Source of the DNA: Tubiluchus corallicola
Lineage: Eukaryota > Animalia > Priapulida
NCBI GenBank assembly: GCA_030141605.1
Contig: JAQGDQ010000059.1
Span: 558,001 to 622,000 of the forward strand
Direction of reading: 5' to 3'
Length of the DNA stretch: 64,000 bases
Numbering within the stretch: the stretch's first letter is position 1; every line of letters starts with the position of its first letter. Shown here one piece after another: positions 1 to 13,800 of this stretch. Below the pieces are notes generated by a model, which searched no databases, was not told the DNA's origin, and saw only the letters and a list, made by a program, of their open reading frames with translations. Both the position numbers and the translations under genes were made by a program.

Positions 1-470
1 GCGGCGCCCAACACAAAACACAGTAGACCACATGCGTCAGACTATACTGTTTCGCAAAAATAGCCTTTGATTAAAAATCAAAAAGATTTGCTGTATATTT
101 AATAAACAGTATAATTAACTTACCAAACAGTTGGTTTTCTAGACTTCTGTAGCTCAATAATTAACTTTATTGGTGTTTATAATTAATATTTTCCTACCGT
201 TTAATAAAAAAACCCTACGCTGTCTGTAATCGAATCAGTAAACTAATTTTCTAAAAATTATCGAGACAGTCGCTAGCGAAGATTTCTGCCAGCTTTGTTT
301 CTTTGAGTCAGTGAGGTTCTTTCTCGTGTTTATAGTGTTATTTATAATAACACTGAAAATTACTACAGAAAAATGTAAAAGTCGGACAGTTTTGCACACA
401 AAAGCTTGTAAAATTGCCCATGGTCTGCTTTTTACCACATGCCATCGGAGCTGGCACATTTGCTTCAGCG

Positions 471-3400
471 ATGAGTGTTGGGCCGAATGGTTGTCCTCAT
501 TTAAATAATTTTAGACTTAATCGGAAAGGAGCAGACGCTTTTCGAATTATACATTCGTATTTTATTGTGACGCGTTCTTTAGAAGCAAGAAGAAGAAAGG
601 TAAGAAAAAATTAGTGCACATAATTTTTTTCTAATAGCTGTTTTGAACTGTCAGGTTTTTATGATAATTATGGTCACCTCCTATTTCAGTTTCTAAAGTA
701 ACGCGATGCACAATTATTGTTGGTAACTAAGAAATCTGAAGTGTGTCCAAAGCTAAAGTAGTCGAAACCAGGACCTCTACTTTTAAGTTTAAGACCAATG
801 TCAACACCACAACACTGAATGAGTTATGACCAAAATGATATCAAGTCATTCGAGCTTAAGACCTATATTTTGAGGCCAAGCCTGGAAACTATGTTATCTT
901 TGAATGTGATTTTAAGAATGTTAAATATTTCTATAGGCCTGCAACCTTATTCACTTTTTAAAATGCAACAAGTGGCTATGCTATTTCAGAAACAAATAAT
1001 GCCTCTGGTTTTTTTTGTTCCTTGATGTTTTATTAGACAGCATTTTAGATTTTCATTGTCCTGAACTTTTACTGTTAGTGTGCTTTCTGTAGTGACAATA
1101 CATCTGCATCTTTTGATTTCTTATAACTCATCTATAAAATTACTATTTTATCTTCCTTTAAAAAGCAGTCACTTTTTTATTTTTAGTGATCTGATGTCTG
1201 CTTCTCGTATTTACTAATCATGTTGTACTTACAAATAGGGGTTTTTAAATAAAGATTTAAAATAATTGAAAAAGAAATCCTCTCTTCCCCTACTGTCATG
1301 CCAACTACAGGATTAAATCATTTTATAAGATGTCATTTAAGCATACATGGCTAAGAGTTTTAAATGCTAGAACTACCTTACTATAGTAGTTAGTATATGA
1401 TTTTGCACTAAAGGTATCAAGATATCTGTGTCGAAAAGCTAGTAGCTTAATTATATTGATCATTGTAAACTATTTTAGGCCAGGTCATGTGTATGTCACA
1501 CATGTAAGGCGTACAAGCCTCGTCTTCATGCTTGTCTATACTGCGTTTACTTTGGATGTTACGGGTTGAGGCATATACATGAGCATGCACAAAGCAAACA
1601 GCATAGTCTTGGTGAGACACTATTCCTTATTTATACTCTACTTAAAGTTTACAAGTTTGAGCTACTATACTACTAAAGGATTTCTTAAAATCGGTTTACC
1701 TTTGGAATATCAAAATATCCTGCTTGCATTGACGTCAAACATATTGGTCTATCGCTCCGCCCCTGCTGCAACGTAAGCACGCTCAGCAGCATTCGGGACA
1801 ACAGCTCACACTGAACAACAACTTTCTAAGCTAAACCAAACTAAACTAAACAACATGACAGTCACAACTAATGCCTAGTCAGCAGATAAACTGATTGCAC
1901 TTTTTCATCAACACAAATTTACAGAGCAGCAACTATTTTTAAATGAAGTTAACACTTCAAGTAGCCAAAAAATGACTTTACAATTTAAACATAATGCAGA
2001 GATGAAGTTTCAAAGTACTACAAAATACAGAGACATAAGTATAATAAAAAACTAAGCCAGTTAGCCTTGCTTTATAATAAATGTGCAACAAAAATATTAA
2101 GTCTCTCTTGCCTTTGAACATGCTAACATCATTCATGGCTGCGATGTATTTTTTCTGTATTAACTGATCATGTGCCCGTCTGCAATATTTATTAAGTTTT
2201 TGTATTTTTCCATTTGTCGGGCTACGGAAATAGAATAAATTTGACTGTTCCATTCCATAGACGACCATTATATGTATAATATAAGTTTTGACTACATTTG
2301 AATTAATTTTGACTGTGAAGATCTCATTGAGGTTTACAAAAACTGGCCAGAAAAGAAAATATTTTGTTTTGTCCTTACTTAAAGTTAATCAAATAGTTGT
2401 TTTTATCTAATTTGCAAAGACATAAAATAAACTAAACTGCGCCTTTTTTCTTGATTGCAAAATGGTTTAATCAGCAACTCATAGACGTAAGCGTTGTGCA
2501 TTTCCTCCTATAAACGAAACTAGACTATATATTTCCACTAATTCGTTTCCGATTTCAATTGACAATAATAAAATGAAGCAAGCCAATATTTTTCCCGCTA
2601 ACTAATGAAAAGTTGAGCATTTTTCATAATAGTGTTAGACGGAGCTGTTGCTAAATGTCCTGAACATACCTGCTGCAGGGGTGTGTGAAATAATTTGCAC
2701 GCTGATTGGGCAGTCAACGAAAATGATTGACATTATGTTAGATGTCAATTGCTTGAATACTAAATGAATGTAAATTGCATGACGGATTGTAAAACAAACA
2801 AGTTAAAGTCATTTTAATTGGTCCTCCAATGTTTGTGATTATTTCTTGTTTTTGAACTAAGATAGCAGTGTTGTTGGTTTTTGCTTTTTATATAACTTCC
2901 GTGTGATAGCTTACGGGCTATACGGATATCTAAAAACGTATTTTTTTTTGTCAAAATCCCCTACATTCCTTCTCTTTCTCCTATTAATTTTTTGCCTTTT
3001 ACAGCTCTAGATCTCACATATGGTGCTGTAATGTGTTTCCAATGTGGCGACTACGTCTATGATAGGGAATTAGAACTAGTCGCACGAGAACAACTGAAAA
3101 CCACAAGGAAAGGAAGTATGTATGTTAATGTGACTAAATGTTTGTCCGGCAACTAAACCAATAAGCAATACTTACATTATTCATTGCACATTTTGTGATT
3201 TATTTAATAAATATATATCTAATAGTTTATAGTGAATAAAATCTTTATTTGTCTTGTAGTCTTGTAGTAAATCTCATTTAAATCATTTCTGCCTGTAAGT
3301 GAATATGGTCAGTGTTGCATTTTTGTGGGAACAGAAAAAGCAGATGTGAAGAGAAAAATCTTCTGCTGCACCATTATTACAACTGCACAGCTAGAAAATT

Positions 3401-6400
3401 AGTGCAACATTAGTGAATTGAGCACTGTATTCTAGGCAATATAAACTAGCAAGATTTCCATGGATTTCCTGATATTGCTCTACTAAAGGAAGTCAGGATG
3501 ATTATTCATATACTACCCCATTTTTAAATCTGATAAAAAGTACACATTTTAACACAATTAATACTGCAAAAGCATTTCTGATAATCAAGTAATAGATTCA
3601 AAACTTAATTAACTGCGGTGAGCCCAACTATTGATGACATCACAAACTAACATAATTTTCAACAGCAAAAGTATTCCATGAGCCAGTTGCACATGTGCTA
3701 GAAAAAAATTGAAGTACAGTGCTACTGTAAGATATTCAGTGAGTTGTACTAAAACTAGACAAGTTTTAAGATAAAAATTCAAATTTCAAATTTACCGCTG
3801 TGCTCACGCATGAGTCTGTCAAACGTGTGTAGTTCGTCACTGAACTGAAAGGTGCAAGACCTGTTTTTTGCGCAGTGCATTTCTGAAATGCAGGCGCTAG
3901 TGTCCGTCTAACTAGCGAATGGCGAAATCCATGTAGCAGCGAAGAACTAGTGGCACAAATTCGAAATTGTGTTTGTGTGATAATAATTCTTTCACGTAAG
4001 AGATTTCTGAAAAAATGGTACATTTCTTTTCAATGTTTTAAAGAGGAGGTTGTTTCAACCTACAGTTTAAGATTGGGTCCAGCTTTGCTTTAAAGTGTGT
4101 AAAGAATGCATGCTTTTTGTCACATTTGCAATGTTTAGCTGCATTATGTACAGTTATACAAACATCTCAAAAATCTTATCAACTGCAGAAGAACAATGGC
4201 ATAAAGGTTTAAGTTTTGTAATTATTTGTGATAATCGACATTTAGTGCTAACAAACAGTTGTTCATTAATGTTTCAGCAAGCCGAGAATTATTTAGTCCT
4301 TGGAACCCTTCACCATTAGAAATTGAATTGCTAAAGAGAAACTCAAAACGAAGGAAAATAGATGACTGTTCTACTATAGGTAAGAGACTCATTTTTTTAT
4401 ACTATGATATGCAAGTTTAAGTGCTTTTACCTGCCAAGAATTACTCTAGTGCGGATGATACCTGATTATTGTATTAGAATATTGTAAATTGATATATCAC
4501 TATTTTCATATTCGTAAATGACTAGTCATTGCTTTTTTTACAATTGTCAATATTTAGTACCTTTAATGGTTGTTTCCTAATAAAATATACTAAAAAGTTC
4601 TCACAGTTTTAGTGCTTTTATAGTTATTATACTAGTTGCAACTTCTATTAAATTATCTTTTACTATATATTTGTATACTATTATCAGTCAGTGTTTTTGG
4701 TTGCATTAAAACATCTACTTAACTCTGTATAATTTAGGATTATTGTATCATAGCTTCAGTTTGTAAAACTACATGCATTTAGATTATACTGGTTTTTGGT
4801 AAATGTTTCTGGTAAAGTGGAAATTTAAATGTTTTTTGAAATTTTGCAAGACTATATTGTAATAGGATTTGTTGTAATTATATTGCTTCAAATGCTAAGT
4901 TATTTGCAGAATTTATCAAATGTAAATAGGCCTAGAAAGTACTATGTTAAAAATTTCAAGTTTTTTAATTTTTCTTTCTGTATAGAACTAGTGAGACTAC
5001 TCTAATTTTGTATGAAACAAGTAAAACATTTCTCTTTTTTGTAGGTCTACGTGGTTTAATAAATTTAGGAAACACTTGCTTTATGAACTGTATTGTACAA
5101 GCTTTGATGCACACACCATTATTGCGAGACTATTTCTTAGCAGATCGACACAATTGCCAAATGCAGACAAACTCAAATATGTGTCTAGTGTGCGAAATGT
5201 CTCGTCTCTTTCAAGAGGTCAGTTAATACTGCTGTTGTTTCGTATTAAATGTGTATGCTAAGGTAAAGTAAACTTTCTGAAATTAATTTAGGCATTTAAG
5301 AGAGTGAAAAGTAATGTGACTTAAAGAAGAAGTATATATGACATTCATAAAATACAGCATTTAGTTGTTAACGTTAATGTTTGTCACATTTGTGAATTGC
5401 CTTGCTAGGTGTAAATGTAAAAATCTTATGGGCTGCTTTTTATTTTCTGCAAAATACAAGTTCTTCCAAACTTATTTCTGTTTTATGTCTTATTATTCTA
5501 TACACCTTTAAAGTGTAGATTTCTTAACTCTATATTAATTACATTCATATGCTTTCTAAATCCAAGCTAAATCCACACTTACTAGCTAGTATAAGAAAAA
5601 ATTGACAAGTAAAGTGTAAATGTTTTTCATGTTTTAATTGCCTTACAAATTTTGACTGTCATATTGCGTTTTTGTGAGTTGCTTCAACAATTTACTGTAC
5701 TGAATTTTACATATTTAACAATTGTATAACTTTCAAATTACTCTTAAATGTCTTGCATGAGCTCACATTCTTTTACTGATAAATATTTGAACAATTTATC
5801 ATTTGTTTAGTTTTACTCTGGTGTTCGTGTTCCTCACATACCATATCGACTACTACATCTAGTGTGGACACATGCTCGTCATCTAGCGGGCTATGAGCAA
5901 CAGGACGCTCATGAGTTCTTCATAGCTGCACTCGATGTGATACATAGGCATTGCAAAGGTAAAACATTGACTTACCCAAAATTGTTTTACCATAAATCAA
6001 AATATAATCTCTCAAAGTATAATGCAAATACTTGATATAATACTCGTATAACTTATATAAAAACTTGAAGCAGACATAGCTGAAGATTTGTTGTTGATAC
6101 CTGTGATGTCACATTCTTTATCACTGTCATCATTCTAAACATGCCTCCATCATCGTTGCCTTCATCACCATCATTATTACAACCATCGTGACAGACGTGA
6201 TTTCAATTCCCTTGCATTGTGTCTGGTACCCATTGGCATTTTATTTTGTCATTAAGAGAAAGCAGCTGTCTTAAGTGCTTATTAAGTTTTTACGTCTTTG
6301 TTATCTCAACTGTTATTTTGTTGTACAATATTAGAACTATACAATGACTGTACCATTAGGCTTATAACTTTAATTCTCTACTTATACACCTTATTCTTTT

Positions 6401-9400
6401 TTATCATATATGATGGGACTAATTGTAGACTTAATCCTTTTAGTTAAATTCTACTTCAGTTTTAATCTAAAATTAAAAAAATATACGATGTTTTTAAAAC
6501 TTTATTTCTTGCTATGTACAGTGATTTTTATGTACTGTAATCAGGCAATGAGAATATTAACTATAATAGGTCAGAATGGATCCTCATCTTCCAATCCGCA
6601 TCATTGTAATTGCATAATTGACCAAATTTTTACGGGTGGACTTCAGTCGGATGTGCAATGCCAAAATTGCAGGTAGGCAGTACCTCTATTTTTAATGTTA
6701 AGTTGAATCTATACTAAGTTAGCATAGTGGAGAGCAGAAGGTCTTGGGTTTAAGTCTCAGTGAGGTGCAAAACTTTTTGGACTTTCTATTTTATTGCTAT
6801 TGCACGTTTGTTTGATTGATTTCTTACTTTGTCTTGATACAGTGATTCCCCGTTGGCAGATTCAGAAAGTCTTGTGTTTGAGTTTCTGAGTAGGAGCAAC
6901 ATGTTTCAGACTTCTTAACGTAATATTATTTCGTGTGCTTATCTGATTCAGTTTTGTTGGTTACTCTGCTCTGTTCTCAAAGTTCTGTTCATTCATAGTC
7001 AGTGTTGGATGTGTGAAACTTGATAGTGGGTGATATGCGCTCGATATGTAGACATGAAGACAGAAATTTTAGATGTTATCAAAAAGAAATTAACAAAATA
7101 AAAAAAGAAATTAAAATGAAATAGAAAAAGGATTTGTTAAGGTTAAGGTAATATAGAAACAATACAACTGCTAAAAACTATTTCAGTTTTCTAAGGTGAG
7201 AATTAGCTTAATTGTTTCCTCAGGAGTGGCTTGACGATCTACGGACTGCTTTTGAGTTTTTCACTAATGAATGGTGCATTCTCACCTGAAAGTGGCTAAC
7301 TCACAAATTGCTGATTAACTTTAATGCCTCATCTTGAAGAATCATTTTTCATAATGATTCTTATTCTCCTCTGTTCACATCCATGCAAACATTATTAGAT
7401 GTTAGAGTGTTAAATTGAAACTATTCGTTTAAAAAGTCCTCAAGCTAAATAATCGAATAAAAGTGAGGCACAAATGTCTGTTAAGGTTAAAACTAAAAGT
7501 AGATGCCCCAACACATTCACCATACTTGAAATGCTGGACCAACAGACAGAGCATTGCCAATTGACAATCATTTATTGCAACAAGATGTACTTTCGTCAGC
7601 CAAGTTGATAGTATTAGTAGGTGCCTTTTATGCTGTTTAATTCTGTTTCATTGTAGCTCGTTTAAAAGACGTAAATCACATTTTTCGTAACTCAAGTTTC
7701 GTGATTTCAGTGGTGTTTCAACCACCGTAGATCCGTTCTGGGACATTTCTCTAGATCTAGGCAGTGATGACGCACTAAACAACAATGCTGTTGTGACCTC
7801 ATTGTCTATCAGTAGAATGTACAATTATGACCAACCATCAGAGCTCACAACTCTCATGGATTGTCTGAAAAGGTGGGTGAAACTCTTTGTTTGTGATGTA
7901 GCAATTTTTAACAGAATTTTACCTGCTTGTTTAATTGACATATGTTTTTATAGTAGGTACCTATGTATGATCAGCCGACTTGAAACCATGGTTTTATTTT
8001 ACTTTATTTTTTTTTCAGTAATTTTTTAGAGATGCCGCAGGCTGAATTTCCCCAATTTTGAAAGTGATCCTTAAATGCCAACAACTTGAATGATGCTAAT
8101 ATTAAAAAAATACTGCAAATATGAATCTACAGATCAATTATTTCTGAATTTATAACTTTTCATAACCATTTATCAATTCATATTTTGCTGCAAGGCACTG
8201 CCTCCTCTGTAATGCAGATAAAATTTACCAATTGCCTTTATTAATCTTAATTCAAAAACAGTACAGTTTTTTTTTGTTAGGTTTACAAGGGCAGAGCATC
8301 TAGGCAGCTCAGCAAAAATTAAATGTAGTACATGCCAAAGTTACCAAGAATCTACAAAGCAGCTAACAATGAAAAAACTGCCACTTGTGGCGTGCTTTCA
8401 CCTAAAGGTTAGTTTGAAGAAATTTGAGTTTCGCTTGCTTGACACCAGGAGACAAAAGTGGTTGCTTTTGGTCATTGTTCTTATCAATCAAAGTTAAATA
8501 ATGCCAAGCTCATTCAGTAAGTGGATAGGTGACCACTAAGAAAACTATTTCCAAATGGTTTCATTTGTCTTACTGCCCAAGCTATTTACCTGATGGAGGG
8601 AGCATGTCTGTGCACTGGAACAATGGCTAAGACACTTGTCATTTTCATTTTGGGACTTAGTCTTTGAGAGTTAGCCTTGATAGTGAGCTAGGTACCGGTT
8701 CTGCCAAACCATTTACATCAAGTAGGCTCTGACACTGTGGCTTGATACAGGCTTACAGTTTTTTCAATTAATTACTACAATTTATTTTCCAAATGCGAGC
8801 TCTAGCTGTCTCCCTGAAAAGTGACAAATTGCATTTAATTAGAATTGCCAAAATATTCAGCTTTGTTAGCATTGTAGAAAAGTTATATCGTCATATAGAT
8901 GCAGTTGGTTCATCTGAACAGGCTTGAGACTTTAGTATGTTTACTTGTAAACAAATTATTTGTATGTCAGTCTGCGTAGTCTAATAAGCAGGGGAATAGT
9001 AAAATGTTTTCTATATTGTCTTTTGACTTAGTATAATTGTATAATTTTTCTTTTAGAGATTTGAGCATTCCACAAGATACCATAAGAAGATTTCCACTTA
9101 TGTTTCATTTCCACAGTATTTAGACATGACCCCTTTCATATCCTCACAGCGTAATGATAATGGTTATGTGAATGGGAACAGTCTACCTTCGAACACTGAT
9201 AACAAGTATGATACTCTATTAATATAAAGTAGTTTGTTTTGCAAGAATTGGAGAGCAGTATATATATATCTATGACCATTTTTTAATTACTATATTCATA
9301 TTTCTCTGTAAGTTGTTTGCTTATTACATTTTAAATTTTGATGATGAGATTTAGTTGAAAATTATTTATGAAAAAAATTACTTGCAGATATTAACAATAT

Positions 9401-9881
9401 GATGAATTTCTTATTTGCACAAATAACTTTTGTTTAGATTTAACGTTTATTAAAAATTAAAAATTTTATTTTTTTATTTGCCATTTTATTGCCTGTTTTG
9501 TTAGGTATGCATTGTTTGCAGTAGTTAATCACTTAGGCACAATTGAGTCGGGTCACTACAGGTGCTATGTGCGACAGCATAAAGACCAATGGTTTATGTG
9601 TAATGACCATCTAATCACAAAGGCGTCTGTGCAAGAAGTTCTAAATAGTGAAGGGTAAGTGAGACAATAATTCAAATGGAAATAGAAAATTGCTTTATTT
9701 TACACTATTATTATGTTATTCATCTGTATAATAATTCTTTTAGCTAGCATGTGCCCAAGCGTTACTATTAAGGATGTCACTGTCATAAAGTATTCATCTC
9801 CCTGTGACGTTTCCTAGTGTATTTGTTGCTTTTTGCAGGTATATGCTGTTCTACCACAAACAATTTTTGGAATATGAATAG
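471..9881 (+). CDS. USP22: Ubiquitin carboxyl-terminal hydrolase 22 (SAGA DUB; USP22/nonstop ortholog), 12 coding exons, ~509 aa
   Basis: Exons 471-599, 1479-1611, 3005-3115, 4278-4379, 5045-5217, 5811-5958, 6570-6672, 7711-7872, 8281-8407, 9057-9205, 9505-9654, 9839-9881. All introns are GT-AG and phase-compatible (1530 nt total). Translation shows an N-terminal ZnF-UBP (GCPHL...CVCHTC...[12 protein letters not shown]...HIHEHA...[10 protein letters not shown]), Cys box [29 protein letters not shown], His box [12 protein letters not shown]...WFMCND and C-terminus [14 protein letters not shown]. An in-frame upstream ATG at 420 is an alternative start. Confidence 0.97.
3730..4100. mobile_element. 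~370-bp interspersed repeat, copy 1 (USP22 intron 3)
   Basis: Aligns in reverse complement with 24420-24805 (e.g. aaatttaccgctgtgctcacgcatgag, gcgctagtgtccgtctaactagcga, cctacagtttaagattgggtcc). Family not identified. Confidence 0.75.
6716..6790 (+). mobile_element. Degenerate tRNA-derived SINE head
   Basis: A-box-like tagcatagtgg and B-box-like gggtttaagtctc; a similar, more decayed segment follows at ~6850-6915. Confidence 0.4.
8480..8545 (+). mobile_element. 5S rRNA-like SINE fragment
   Basis: aagttaaataatgccaagctcattcagtaagtggataggtgaccactaagaaa resembles the 5S internal control region and matches 50815-50890. Confidence 0.45.
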
Positions 9882-10439
9882 AAACTTTTTATTCTACATA
9901 TGGCCTGAATGTAAGTACTTGTTGCTACATGTTAATATTTTGTGACTAAGTGGAAGTATTTAAATTCCATTAACATGGAAGCAATTTAAAAGTGGTGACA
10001 AAAAAATCTAACTTCTCCAGACATTCTCATATTCATATATTACACATGTGACCTTCTCGAGTCATCTCTTAATAACAATTTCTTTTTGAATGTTCTTCTG
10101 CCTTTTGTAGATAGTACAGTTGGTTGTTACCTAACAAGGATGGAAATGCTCTCTTCTGCTGAAGAGCATAATTAAATTTGTTTCTCGTTTAATTCAAATA
10201 CAGGATAATTCTTAGTTTTTATGAAAGAGCCATTTGTTAAAAACTATACGGAGAATCATAACAATAATTATCTTTGGTTTACTTGATATGAATCTATCTT
10301 ACTATTTACACTTCCTTATTATGAGAGCATATAAATTGTATAAAAAATATTTATTTAGCAGCATTTTGCAGTAGTTTTTTTGTGCATTAAAATGTGAATT
10401 AAAAATCTTGCAGATTTTTTTCTGAAGAGAGCAGTAAAG

Positions 10440-10800
10440 ACTTTTACTATGCTTTTGTAAGCATAGATTTATTGTCAATTTGGCTATATTTTATATCGTC
10501 TGTACTAAGCGCTCATAAAATGCCTATCGAATCAGGCCGGTATCGTAAACCTTATATAATATCTGTACATGAACAAATTTGTAATTACTATGTCTTTAAC
10601 CAAATTGAATGTGAAATACACTCAATCATGAAATGTCCACATTACCAGGATGATAGACTTACACTTTAACAATTGTGAAAATTTGTTTCCTGCATTTTCT
10701 GCTACACCAAACGACAGTGATAAATTTGCCTTTACAATGAATAGTCGAGATATTAAATCATGCAGAATTTTATGGTTTTTATAATCAGCTTTTCATACTA
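10440..10800 (+). mobile_element. Decayed non-LTR retrotransposon ORF2 C-terminus (RTE-X-like CCHC tail)
   Basis: SAHKMPIESGRY...EQICN...IECEIHSIMKCPHYQDDR fits the S-H-L-IE-GRY...R-C..C...EDE-H....C..Y...R motif of LINE ORF2 ends; stops and frameshifts surround it. Confidence 0.7.
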
Positions 10801-13800
10801 GGAATCATCTATTGTCTATATGGATTGCAGATAGATTGTGTAAAGACTTATTAATACTCCTTTGTGTAACAGTATTGTGATATTTATTTTTGTCACCTGT
10901 ATGAATGAATTATTATTTGTGTTGTATGTTCAGGCCACTATATTCCTTTGTATGGGGATTTTGTCTCTAATATACATCTCTTTTTGTGTTAATTTAATCT
11001 TTCTCGTCTTTTTTGTTGTTGTTGCTGGTACATATGTGTTTTTTTTTGTAATGGTAGTTCAACCAGCAAACATATGTCATCAGTACCATTTTGAAGACTG
11101 AAATGTAAAAACATTACAGTTTATATATTTTAGTACTTTTAAATAAGCTTTAAAAACTTTATTCAATAAAGCCTTTTAAAGAAGACCTTGGCTTGCAACT
11201 GTCTGTAACTGATATAAAGTATTTCTTTGACACAAATTATTGAACTTTCTTTTTTTGTGTGTTTTCAGCGTTCCGTGCATATACTTGACATTTACTAAGT
11301 TAACATGGCCAGGAGCTTATGCTGTGATTATTACTAATCGAAGTTTTTATGTCTTCAATTGCGGAACATTTCTTACTTACCAGCTGCCAAATAAAAGTGG
11401 TTTCAATCAACATGGCTTAAGTAATAAACAAACTTGCCTATTTTCATGACATTTTCACTGTCAAAAGTTTTGTTTTGCGACGCCAATACAGAGCTTTCTG
11501 TTGACGTTAATTATTTTCATTATGCGCTAGCAGTGCTGGCACTACGGATTGGATCAATAAATACTATCATAAATTTATTATTGGTTTTGGATAGGAGTAA
11601 TGAGATCAGATCTCCCCCGGGCTCACTGCCTAAGTCTATCCAGTATTTGTGTGACTAAAATTTTCTGGGATAATTGATAATTTATAGCAAGCAGCGGTTA
11701 TGAATAATTTACTGGGAAAGAGTTATTTGTCTTCTCTTTGTTATGCTAGCAAATTTACAAACTTTGAGGGTCACAGTCATTTAGTAGAAACATGTTTTTT
11801 GATAATAAATGTTCATTGTTTCTACTAGCCAACAGTATTGTTCAATAAAACCTCTCATTTATTGAAATTTAAAAGCTTTGGATGTTCTTCAACAGTCAGT
11901 CCACAAGGCTAAGTAATTTGAAGAAAAAAATATCATTGATATACAAGCAACTATTTTGTCCTGTTATGAGCTTTATATCTTATCTTTTTGTTTTCTTACA
12001 TTTGTGTCCTGACAATTTCTTCAATGATAAACAACAAATGGAATAAAAATATTTCATTTAGCAGTATAGTCGTTTTTGTTCTAAATTTGCAAATTATCAT
12101 TAAGCACTAAATGTTTCAGACATGAAAGATGGAAATACATTTGTTGCAGAAGATTTTTCAAATCAACAGATAGAAAATGTAAGATTCATTAGTGGCTTTG
12201 TCGGTTGAATTTATTCTCTGGGGAAGATCGTGAACTTTATCAGCTTTAAGTAGTAATGATTTTAATTTTGCACGGCCTTAAAATGTGCCATTTAGTAAAA
12301 AATTTATTACCTGTAAATTTTCCAAATGTTGGGCTCAACTCACTGATAAATTTGAAATATAATATAAAATTGCATGCTTTGCAAATCCTTGTGTTACGTA
12401 GTTTTTAATGTTTTTTTCTACAGTGTTTTGTATTCATATTTAACTCAATGTCCTTTGTGTTAGTTTATTGAATGGTTGACACTGCATGAGCTGACTTGAT
12501 GGTGAATTAATTAGAAAATCTATTAAGAAAGAAACTGGAGCATTTCTATGCTAATATTGATAAGCAAATGCAACTTAGTTCGTCTGTGAGACAGTGATAT
12601 GCTGTCAAAGACATGCCTTTTAGTCTAATTTTTGTTTTCCATTAATGTTTAATATGCCTTAAGACTTTGTTGTGTGATTATCATAACCTATTTTTTCAGT
12701 GTCGCCATGACGAAATAATATTGACATTTGTTTAGCATTACATAAGAAGGTTTGTGAGCCCCCATTTACAATGTATTATAATTTGACAAGGATGCTTTTC
12801 CACCAAAAATAAACTTTGTTTTAGTGTCGCAAAACAAAACTTCAGATATGGCCAAGTTATTGTGCAGTATTGAGATTAATTGCAAACGAAGCTAGTGTTA
12901 AGTAGAACAAAATAATAGTAAATCTGGCTGCTGAATTTCTTGCTTTTGTATTGGAAATATTTGCTTTCTTGTGCACACAAAATATACTGGAAGTAGAAAT
13001 GTTTATTATAATGTTGCTACTTAAAAGAACTAAACAATCATGACTAATGTTTCAAAGTACCTAGATTTACCAGGTTTGACTTCAGAGTTTCTTTTCTTGT
13101 TTGTACTTCAGGTTGTTATGATAGTATTTGTTTGGTTTGTTCTTATTTATACTCTGCCATTGTTTTCCTTAAAAATGGCTTTTTTCTATTATAATTGTCC
13201 ATGTGTTTATAACAGGTTACTTTGACATTAAATGCATTCTGCAGTAGCAAAAGATGAAATTTATACCAGCTCGTGTCAAAAGGTGCTTTTCTGTGTGCAG
13301 TTAATAACCTTAATGATTCTCTTGCGGTGACTTAAAAATATTTACATGTGTTGCTTGAAATAAACTTGGTCACTATATAGCTAGAAAGAATTTTGCTTGT
13401 ACTTAGTAGCCCTTTTGCAAATCGTCATTTCATGTATTACATATCAGAGCGTTGCTCAATAACCTTTGTTTGTATGCCCATGCCTTGGGCATTATTGTAT
13501 TTATAATGTCTAATTTATTCCTTGTCAGCTTGTATTGCTATGTATATCTATTTGCATTTGTTTACATGTGTGTTTGGAAACTTTATTTATAGCTTTCATT
13601 AAGATTTTGTTTTTCGGTATCCATAGGCTGACCAACTGCAAAACTTAAGAAAATTTTGATTTTTAGCTTGTCAGCAAGAGGGTTGGTTGTTAGCAGATGT
13701 TTTTGTTTGCTTAAATGCTCGAAAGTGTTTTTGTGACAGATCTAATATTATATAAATGTTTACAGGATGGTAATTATTAAGTAGGTTATGAGGTAGCTAA

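Noticed and set aside
1978-2268. 96-aa minus-strand ORF in USP22 intron 2
   Set aside because: No recognisable domain or splice context; possibly a decayed transposon, but no call can be supported.
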